Under the pieces are notes generated by a model. The model saw only the letters and a program-made list of their open reading frames with translations. It made no database searches and had not been told where the DNA came from. Made by a program: the position numbers and the translations under genes. Below, piece after piece: positions 56,807 through 64,000 of a stretch of DNA of 64,000 nt; position 1 is the first letter of the stretch, and every line of letters starts with the position of its first letter. Source of the stretch: Escherichia virus TH58; the sequence record MT446423.1; one strand, 5' to 3'.

Positions 56807-57627
56807 AACCTACTATTTTGACTGATATTGATGGTGTATGTTTAAGCTGGCAATCTGGACTTCCTTATTTTGCCCAAAAATATAATCTTCCATTAGAACA
56901 TATTTTAAAAATGATTCAGGACGAAAAATTTATTTCTCCTGGTAAACTATTCAATACCGATGATAACCTTGGTAAACAATTAATAGAAAAATATAATAGC
57001 TCTGATTTTATTCGTTACTTAGCGCCTTATTCAGATGCTCTTCGAGTTATCAATAAACTAAAAGAAGACTATAATTTTGTAGCCGTGACGGCGCTAGGTG
57101 ATTCAATTGATGCTCGATTGAATAGACAATTTAATTTGAATGCTTTGTTCCCAGGCGCCTTTTCTGAAGTAATGATGTGTGGACATGATTCTTCAAAGGA
57201 ACAATTATTCGAACTAGCTAAAACAAAATATAACGTGATTTGTTACGTTGACGATTTAGCTCATCACTGTGACCATGCAGCAGAAATTCTTAATGTACCG
57301 ATTTATTGGTTGGCTCGTGGTGAACGTGATGATATTCCTCGCGCTGCACAACGTGTACACACGTGGGATGATATTGAATCTCGTTTGGTTCCACCAGAGC
57401 ATAATTCAGATTCAGATCGTGAAGACCTTTTAAAACGATTGGCGGATTTGCTTAAAGAATCTGGTGCAACAAGTCCAGGTGCATGGCCTAATCAAATTGG
57501 TGGCCCCTCGACAACACGTACTCCATATACCTGGCGAACCCCAGGACCAACTGATATGCAGCCGTGGTGGACGATTCAAAACTTTCCTTTAGATTCGTCT
57601 AAATGGACTTGGTCTATAAATTGTTAA
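56803..57627 (+). CDS. HAD-superfamily phosphatase-like protein with Trp-rich C-terminal tail
   Basis: N-terminal HAD motif I (TDIDGV); ATGA coupling to NADAR gene. Confidence 0.5.
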   Translation: MKPTILTDIDGVCLSWQSGLPYFAQKYNLPLEHILKMIQDEKFISPGKLFNTDDNLGKQLIEKYNSSDFIRYLAPYSDALRVINKLKEDYNFVAVTALGDSIDARLNRQFNLNALFPGAFSEVMMCGHDSSKEQLFELAKTKYNVICYVDDLAHHCDHAAEILNVPIYWLARGERDDIPRAAQRVHTWDDIESRLVPPEHNSDSDREDLLKRLADLLKESGATSPGAWPNQIGGPSTTRTPYTWRTPGPTDMQPWWTIQNFPLDSSKWTWSINC

Positions 57628-57636
57628 GGGTTAATT

Positions 57637-57906
57637 ATGTTTGTAGTTCATGATATTACAGATGGCAAAAACACCACACGTGACTACGGTCACGTTAACA
57701 TGTTCTTTCGAGACTGGCCATTGTTTCGTTCAGTAAAAGACGCAGAAATATTTAAAGAGTGTGTTGAACAAGGGTTCATCTACATTTCAGAATACTATGT
57801 TGAAGGACTCGGTAAATGGATTACCACTTATCAGAAAACGCTGAAATCGCTTCTAGATGAAGTGGCTTATAATAGAACCGTAACCAAAATCGAGGACATC
57901 AAATGA
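57637..57906 (+). CDS. hypothetical protein
   Basis: 89 aa; coupled to ligase start. Confidence 0.45.
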   Translation: MFVVHDITDGKNTTRDYGHVNMFFRDWPLFRSVKDAEIFKECVEQGFIYISEYYVEGLGKWITTYQKTLKSLLDEVAYNRTVTKIEDIK

Positions 57907-59396
57907 TTTTAGATATTTTAAACCAAATAGCTGCGATCGGTTCTACTAAAACAAAACAAGAAATCCTTAAGAAAAATAAGGACAACAAATTACTTGAACG
58001 TGTGTTTCGTTTAACATATGCACGTGGTATCCAGTATTATATTAAGAAATGGCCAGGACCGGGTGAAAGGTCTCAAGCATATGGTCTTCTTGAATTAGAT
58101 GACATGTTGGATTTTATTGAGTTCACATTAGCCACTCGTAAACTCACTGGTAATGCTGCAATTAAAGAGCTCATGGGTTATATCGCTGACGGTAAACCTG
58201 ATGATGTAGAAGTCCTTCGTCGTGTAATGATGCGCGACCTTGAAGTAGGTGCTTCAGTGTCTATCGCGAATAAGGTGTGGCCTGGACTTATTCAATTGCA
58301 ACCGCAGATGTTAGCATCTGCATATGATGAGAAATTGATTACTAAAAATATTAAATGGCCCGCATTTGCCCAATTAAAAGCAGATGGTGCTCGTTGTTTC
58401 GCTGAAGTTCGCGATGATGGCGTTCAATTCTTTTCTCGTGCCGGTAACGAATACCATGGTCTTACTCTATTAGCAGATGAACTAATGGAAATGACTAAAG
58501 AAGCTCGTGAAAGACACCATAATGGGGTTTTAATCGACGGTGAATTAGTTTATCATTCATTCGATATTAAAAAGGCTGTGAGCTCAGGAAATGACCTGTC
58601 GTTCTTATTTGGTGATAATGAAGAATCCGAAGAAGTACAAGTTGCAGACCGTAGCACTTCAAATGGTTTAGCAAATAAATCTCTTCAAGGGACTATTTCT
58701 CCTAAAGAAGCGGAAGGTATGGTTCTTCAAGCCTGGGACTATGTTCCTTTAGATGAAGTCTATTCTGATGGCAAAATTAAAGGTCAGAAATACGATGTTC
58801 GTTTTGCTGCTCTTGAAAATATGGCTGAATGCTTTAAGCGAATTGAGCCAATTGAAAATCAGTTAGTTCGTAATCTTGATGAAGCTAAATTGGTTTATAA
58901 GAAATATGTTGACCAAGGTCTTGAAGGTATTATCCTTAAAAACCGTGATTCATATTGGGAAAACAAACGCTCTAAGAACCTAATTAAATTTAAAGAAGTT
59001 ATTGATATCGCTTTAGAAGTTGTAGGATACTATGAACACTCTAAAGACCCTAACAAATTAGGTGGTGTCGAACTCGTATCACGTTGTCGTCGTATTACAA
59101 CCGATTGTGGTTCAGGGTTTAAAGATACAACTCATAAAACAGTTGACGGTGTAAAGGTTCTTATTCCTTTAGACGAACGTCATGATTTGGACCGTGAACG
59201 ATTAATGTCCGAAGCTCGTGAAGGTAAATTAATTGGACGTATCGCTGATTGTGAATGTAATGGTTGGGTTCATTCTAAAGGCCGTGAAGGTACTGTAGGT
59301 ATTTTCCTTCCAATTATTAAAGGGTTCCGTTTTGATAAAACAGAAGCGGATTCATTTGAAGACGTATTTGGACCGTGGTCCCAGACAGGTTTATAA
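57903..59396 (+). CDS. 30: ATP-dependent DNA ligase
   Basis: 497 aa; KADG adenylation motif; near-colinear with T4 DNA ligase. Confidence 0.9.
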   Translation: MILDILNQIAAIGSTKTKQEILKKNKDNKLLERVFRLTYARGIQYYIKKWPGPGERSQAYGLLELDDMLDFIEFTLATRKLTGNAAIKELMGYIADGKPDDVEVLRRVMMRDLEVGASVSIANKVWPGLIQLQPQMLASAYDEKLITKNIKWPAFAQLKADGARCFAEVRDDGVQFFSRAGNEYHGLTLLADELMEMTKEARERHHNGVLIDGELVYHSFDIKKAVSSGNDLSFLFGDNEESEEVQVADRSTSNGLANKSLQGTISPKEAEGMVLQAWDYVPLDEVYSDGKIKGQKYDVRFAALENMAECFKRIEPIENQLVRNLDEAKLVYKKYVDQGLEGIILKNRDSYWENKRSKNLIKFKEVIDIALEVVGYYEHSKDPNKLGGVELVSRCRRITTDCGSGFKDTTHKTVDGVKVLIPLDERHDLDRERLMSEAREGKLIGRIADCECNGWVHSKGREGTVGIFLPIIKGFRFDKTEADSFEDVFGPWSQTGL

Positions 59397-59584
59397 TGAA
59401 AGCTTATTTAGAAACAGTTATTGTAGCTAAGAAGGAAGGTGGAGATGTTTCCACCTCTTGTTCCCAAATTGTATTAGATTTTCCTAATAACGATTCCTAT
59501 AATATTTTTATGGACAATTTTGATAAGTACGAAAAAGGCCCTAATTTTGAAGTTTATCGTACTTTGCTCCTGATTGTGGATTAA
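59396..59584 (+). CDS. hypothetical small protein
   Basis: ATG overlapping ligase stop (TAATG); followed by terminator. Confidence 0.4.
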   Translation: MKAYLETVIVAKKEGGDVSTSCSQIVLDFPNNDSYNIFMDNFDKYEKGPNFEVYRTLLLIVD

Positions 59585-59603
59585 GAGCCTTCGGGCTCTT
59601 TTT
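59584..59603 (+). terminator. rho-independent terminator upstream of alt
   Basis: AGAGCC-TTCG-GGCTCT hairpin plus TTTT. Confidence 0.6.
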
Positions 59604-59605
59604 GG

Positions 59606-59619
59606 CATAAATATAAATT
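59606..59619 (+). promoter_or_regulatory. possible late promoter for alt (near-consensus)
   Basis: CATAAATATAAATT, two overlapping near matches to TATAAATA. Confidence 0.3.
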
Positions 59620-59639
59620 ATTACTAAAAGGAAAACACT

Positions 59640-61727
59640 ATGTCTGAACAATTAAATGAAGTGTTTGAATCTGAAGGCAGTCTTCCTGTCGTCAATTTGA
59701 ACCCTAAAGCTAAAGTTCCACAAGTCTGGAAAATTGGTGATATCGATACAAACATCGTAGTTCGTTTATTCTCTTACCTTTCCGAAGGCGATGCTGTAAA
59801 ACAAGTTAAACTTGGTGACAAATACGCTCATGTCGTTATTATGAGTCTTTCTGAAAAGGGTAATCTCGCTGAATTGAAAAATGGCCTTGGTCCTGCTCCT
59901 ATTGATGCAATCAACACCATTTTCAATACGGTATATGAACAGGTTAAAGCTCTTCGTATGGATGCAGTTCTGTTCCGATTCCCTACCAAGAAATTGAAAG
60001 GACGTGGACAACAACTTCAAACTCTTCTTGCTCGTTTAGTTTCTACTAAAACCGGTGGTCGTTTTAAAGTATTGTCTGCAATGTATCAATTCACAGGTAA
60101 ACACACATATGTGATGATGGTTCGTAAAAATGCCGACATTGAAGATATTAAAGGCATCCCTAACATTAACACAGAGTTGTACACGAAAGTAGATTCTGAT
60201 GTTGGTGAAGTTTATGTGAGTAAAAAGACTGGCGAAAAAGTCACCAAAGAAATGGCTATCGCTGGTTCTATTGCTGCTGTAGAAGAAAAACGTAAAGATA
60301 AGCCTGTTATTGCTCGTACTAAAATTTCTCGTCGCGCTATTGCAGCAAGTCAATCTTTAGAAGCTGACCGCCAAGAAGGTGAGCTATTCCAGAAATACGA
60401 AAATTCTGCTAAAGAAGTTAGTGGCCCAGCTACAGCTGAATTACTTCCTGAAGCATATGAAATCGTACTAGCCCAAGCATCGTCCACAGCAAAAGGCACT
60501 TTAGTTGCTGATATCGAAAATAAGATTTATAATCGTATTGATGAATCCTTTAGATTTGCTGATGAAGTTTCTTATGGCAGTGTTATTAAGCCAACTTTAG
60601 AAAAGTTTGCTAAGAAAATTAAAACTGAAAAAACAACATCTGTTAAAGCATTAGCTGCTTTTGTTGAAGCTGCAAACGAAATTGCAGACTCTATTAAAGA
60701 CGAATGGTTTGAAGATTTTAGACGAGATAATTTCCAACTGGCTGACGACGTTTTAGCTGAAGTATCTGAAAAAACTTGGAAACAACGTAAATCAGCGTTC
60801 TTGTCTAATGTGATGTATACTTATGCACGAGAATCGGCTAGAGGCACCTTTAATATAACAATGAATCGGGACCCTAAACAATACTCTGTTGCTGAAAAAC
60901 GAGCTATTCGTGAATATGCCTCTTCTGCGTATACCGATATCAATAATATGTTGTTAGGCCGTTATAAACCGGATTTTTACGATGTTGCAGATGAAGATGA
61001 AGTTAAACGCGCTATCGATGGTCTTGATTCGGCGTTTTTAAATGGAGACCGTTTACCTGAAGGACTAACGTTATATAGAGCTCAGTCTATCAGAATGCCT
61101 ATTTACGAAGCAATGGTTAAAAATAAGGTATTCTACTTCAGAAACTATGTTTCCACTTCACTAGCTCCTATTATTTTCGGTGGGTTTAAAGAGAACGTTG
61201 CCCTTGGACTTGCTCCTGAAGAAGTTCGCAAAGAGCTTAACATTGACAATAATGACGAAGGTGTTACTATTTCTCCTAGTCAAGTAAGAACAGCTATGCA
61301 TGCACCAGAACAAATCCGTGTTAACGTTGGATGGGCTATTGATGGCGCCCATAAAGTTAACGTGATTTATCCTGGACAGTTGAGTAATCACCCTAATGAG
61401 CAAGAAATTATTTTGCCTAGAGGCATTCTCTTGCAGATAAATAAAATTACGGATGCGTCATCTGACACTGGTGCAGGTTTAGAATCCAACCTTAAATTTA
61501 TTCAAGCTGAAGTCATGTCCTCAGACCAGTTGGACGAAGCTGTCATTTACGATGGTGATGTTCTCATGGAAACAGGCGAGGTTGTTGCTATGACTGGTGA
61601 AATCGAATCGGATGAGCCGGTATCGTTCTCTTCATTTGTAGAAAAAACTAGTGCTCCTAAAGGATTGAAATTGTTAGCATCTTTAATGGATTTAGAATCA
61701 GTTCCGTTTAAATTTGTCCAAGGATAG
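59640..61727 (+). CDS. alt: Alt ADP-ribosyltransferase (virion-packaged)
   Basis: 695 aa; R (LYRAQS), STS (YVSTSLAP), E-x-E (EQEIILPRG) in C-terminal part; T4 Alt size and position. Confidence 0.85.
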   Translation: MSEQLNEVFESEGSLPVVNLNPKAKVPQVWKIGDIDTNIVVRLFSYLSEGDAVKQVKLGDKYAHVVIMSLSEKGNLAELKNGLGPAPIDAINTIFNTVYEQVKALRMDAVLFRFPTKKLKGRGQQLQTLLARLVSTKTGGRFKVLSAMYQFTGKHTYVMMVRKNADIEDIKGIPNINTELYTKVDSDVGEVYVSKKTGEKVTKEMAIAGSIAAVEEKRKDKPVIARTKISRRAIAASQSLEADRQEGELFQKYENSAKEVSGPATAELLPEAYEIVLAQASSTAKGTLVADIENKIYNRIDESFRFADEVSYGSVIKPTLEKFAKKIKTEKTTSVKALAAFVEAANEIADSIKDEWFEDFRRDNFQLADDVLAEVSEKTWKQRKSAFLSNVMYTYARESARGTFNITMNRDPKQYSVAEKRAIREYASSAYTDINNMLLGRYKPDFYDVADEDEVKRAIDGLDSAFLNGDRLPEGLTLYRAQSIRMPIYEAMVKNKVFYFRNYVSTSLAPIIFGGFKENVALGLAPEEVRKELNIDNNDEGVTISPSQVRTAMHAPEQIRVNVGWAIDGAHKVNVIYPGQLSNHPNEQEIILPRGILLQINKITDASSDTGAGLESNLKFIQAEVMSSDQLDEAVIYDGDVLMETGEVVAMTGEIESDEPVSFSSFVEKTSAPKGLKLLASLMDLESVPFKFVQG

Positions 61728-61756
61728 TTTACAAACACATGGATGTGTGATACTAT
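61727..61756 (+). promoter_or_regulatory. T4-type early promoter with spacer hairpin
   Basis: GTTTAC, spacer ACACATGGATGTGT, TACTAT. Confidence 0.5.
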
Positions 61757-61785
61757 CATCCCATCAACAACATGAGGAAAACGTT

Positions 61786-62079
61786 ATGAAATCTATGCTT
61801 CGCTTTAATGGTCAAGAACTAGTAGTTGAAGATGCTATCCCAGCGGATGATGTTTTTAACGAAGCTGTGATTGACGAATTGAATCGAGTATTCCCAGGTG
61901 CATTCCATATTGCTATGGAACCTCTTAAAAACTTTCGTGACCCTGAGCACACTGATCAAATTTTTGTCGGTGTAGTGACAGGTCATTTAGAAACAGAGGT
62001 ACCAATGGTCGTATTAGTTAAATACTCTAAAGATGATACTCCATTCCGAGCACCAGCATTCCTTTCATTCCGTAAATAA
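61786..62079 (+). CDS. hypothetical protein
   Basis: 98 aa from ATG 61786 after early promoter; followed by terminator. Confidence 0.45.
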   Translation: MKSMLRFNGQELVVEDAIPADDVFNEAVIDELNRVFPGAFHIAMEPLKNFRDPEHTDQIFVGVVTGHLETEVPMVVLVKYSKDDTPFRAPAFLSFRK

Positions 62080-62088
62080 ACCCCTAAA

Positions 62089-62112
62089 GGGAGACAACGT
62101 CTCCCTTTTTTC
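62089..62112. terminator. terminator between convergent genes (alt-distal ORF and gene 54)
   Basis: GGGAGAC-AAC-GTCTCCC hairpin plus T7 on + strand. Confidence 0.6.
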
Positions 62113-63075
62113 TTATAGACCTAAAACTCTTGATGTAGAATTCACCATACCTGTCATTGTGTTTATATTAGACACACCTCCAGCGGTCCCACCTAATCTA
62201 GAAAGTCTTGATACTGCACTTCCTAGCCCAGAATCATTCTGATTATTCCCAAACATTCCTGAAACACTACTAATAAGTCCTGATTCCAGCCATTCTAAAG
62301 CAGCCTGTCTATTTACAGCACCTGATTGCATAACGCGATAAGCAAATGTTACATCAAAAACTGTTATCTGATTATCACCATCATACGTTAACTCAGGAGA
62401 AGAGACACTAACAGGAATACATCCTGTGAACATGACAGCGGTATGTGGTAAACCATTTCGTGCATGTAAATTAACCTGAATATCTGCTTCGACGTCTTGT
62501 GGTAAAGCACGAAGACCTGTTACAGGGTCTTGGACCGAGTTTACCCAGTCTTGCATTGCTCTAAAGTTAGATGCTTCGGAATCCATTCTAAAGCTTATTA
62601 CTAACGGGTCCATTTCACGACCGGTAATTCGGATATTCGGGGAGTTATAGTTGAAATCCGTTTCATAAGATAATCGGTTCTCAGGCATTTTTACAGAATA
62701 AATCATTAAACCCGTATTATTATATGCCATATTGAAGAAGTCTATCAGATAAGTTCCTACTGTGAACTCACCTAACAAGCTTTGTACCGTACGTTGACTC
62801 ATTGCTCCAATCAGATATTTACTTGCACCCGATTTTCGAATTAATTTCTGTGTTCCTGCTGTAATCAAGGTTGTTACGCCCTGATTGATATCACCTTGAG
62901 ACAATCCTAGCCAATCTGAATCCAACCCTAAGTTATTATAAGCAAAACTACCAATTGACGAAATTAGTGAAGACGATTTGGTTGATGGTGTAGTAGCAAA
63001 TACACAACTAAACATATTGTTTCGTTGGAAATCTGCATTTATAGCTTGGTTATTAAATTCTTCTAAAGAGTACAT
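62113..63075 (-). CDS. 54: baseplate tail tube initiator gp54
   Basis: 320 aa as T4 gp54; adjacent to alt and 48. Confidence 0.8.
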   Translation of the reverse strand: MYSLEEFNNQAINADFQRNNMFSCVFATTPSTKSSSLISSIGSFAYNNLGLDSDWLGLSQGDINQGVTTLITAGTQKLIRKSGASKYLIGAMSQRTVQSLLGEFTVGTYLIDFFNMAYNNTGLMIYSVKMPENRLSYETDFNYNSPNIRITGREMDPLVISFRMDSEASNFRAMQDWVNSVQDPVTGLRALPQDVEADIQVNLHARNGLPHTAVMFTGCIPVSVSSPELTYDGDNQITVFDVTFAYRVMQSGAVNRQAALEWLESGLISSVSGMFGNNQNDSGLGSAVSRLSRLGGTAGGVSNINTMTGMVNSTSRVLGL

Positions 63076-64000
63076 TAGAAAGTCCCCGCATAAAGTGAAG
63101 AACGGTTTAATGTAATAATTTCTCGCATTGTTATCTCTAACGTAAATGTTGACGGTAAGTTAGGAGCAACAGCAAGACCATTAAATTGTCCATTTGGAGT
63201 TTTATCAAAACGTACGCTTTGAATTTGGCATGGGCCAAATACGTCAGTTAATCCATCAAATTTAGACGTATAACCAAAGTTTTTAACCATCCAAATTGTA
63301 GGGTTGCTTACAACTAATACGTTTGTTAATGACGCAGTAATCTTTTCAAACAATGTCTTATTTTTTACTGCATCATCCGGCGTCATAGGCTCAATAAACG
63401 TTGAACGGTACCATTCGTCTAAATAACTTTTAATCTCTTGGGCGTACTGTGATTTACCGGTCTCACCATATGAGAAATAGTTAAAATACTGGTAAATGTT
63501 TATAATAGCCATAAGGTCTTCAGTTGAACGTGGAGTTAAATCCCATGTAAAGACTTTAGTACGGTTCTCAGCACCGCCATACATACTACGAGAAGTCGTA
63601 TAAATCTGTTCGTTATTATCAGCCATAAGCCCTTGAGTAATAGAATCTAATGCACCAAAAACTGCAGTAGAAGCAATGTTACTTAAAACACCTGTAGCAG
63701 TACCTCCACCTTTAGTAATAAGGCTATCACCGATATCATTAAAACGATGTGAAGTTGTATCAACGTCAGATTTGGAACGTGGCAAAAGTATATTAGCAAC
63801 AGGAGTTTTATTTATAGTAGGTTTATTAGCTCCGGCAGGAAGCAACCCATTAGAGAATTTAGTCACTGCATCTTTCACATTATCAGTTAAATCTGATATG
63901 ATACCGTTAGATGAAGTGCCGGCATATGCAGGACGTAAATTCCTGAGGGATCCTGAATCGCGTGCAGACATATTGTACGCGGTAAATAATAATCCGTTCT
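63075..64000 (-). CDS. 48: baseplate tail tube cap gp48 (partial, 5' end beyond window)
   Basis: reading frame stays open to window edge; T4 gp48 is 364 aa; order 48-54. Confidence 0.7.
   Translation of the reverse strand, partial: NGLLFTAYNMSARDSGSLRNLRPAYAGTSSNGIISDLTDNVKDAVTKFSNGLLPAGANKPTINKTPVANILLPRSKSDVDTTSHRFNDIGDSLITKGGGTATGVLSNIASTAVFGALDSITQGLMADNNEQIYTTSRSMYGGAENRTKVFTWDLTPRSTEDLMAIINIYQYFNYFSYGETGKSQYAQEIKSYLDEWYRSTFIEPMTPDDAVKNKTLFEKITASLTNVLVVSNPTIWMVKNFGYTSKFDGLTDVFGPCQIQSVRFDKTPNGQFNGLAVAPNLPSTFTLEITMREIITLNRSSLYAGTF

Overview
This window is a contiguous stretch of a T4-like (Tevenvirinae, probably RB69/Mosigvirus-like) myovirus genome, read in the direction of early transcription. 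All calls rest on reading the supplied translations against remembered T4 proteins and motifs; no database search was run. Gene order on the + strand is: primase 61, dCTPase 56, soc, two Mod ADP-ribosyltransferases, dda, dexA, fused topoisomerase 39/60, rIIA, rIIB, ndd, topoisomerase 52, motA, asiA; then a minus-strand late module (holin t, 38, 37, 36, 35, 34); then rnh, dsbA, 33, 59, 32, frd, td, nrdA, nrdB, denA, RNA ligase, alc, spanins, pseT, cd, 31, rIII, DNA ligase 30, alt; and minus-strand baseplate genes 54 and 48 (48 runs off the window edge). Early genes are punctuated by about 22 T4-type early promoters (GTTTAC -35, TATAAT-like -10), many embedded in inverted repeats (PeSL-like cassettes), plus MotA-box middle promoters, TATAAATA late promoters and GC-hairpin/T-tract terminators. 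The most unusual content is a class I DAHP synthase gene translationally coupled to dCMP deaminase, a GT-B-like glycosyltransferase between the topoisomerase and rIIA, a tandem triplet of paralogous small genes after dexA, and a NADAR-like plus HAD-like gene pair upstream of DNA ligase. No tRNA, CRISPR, integrase, transposase or homing endonuclease was seen.
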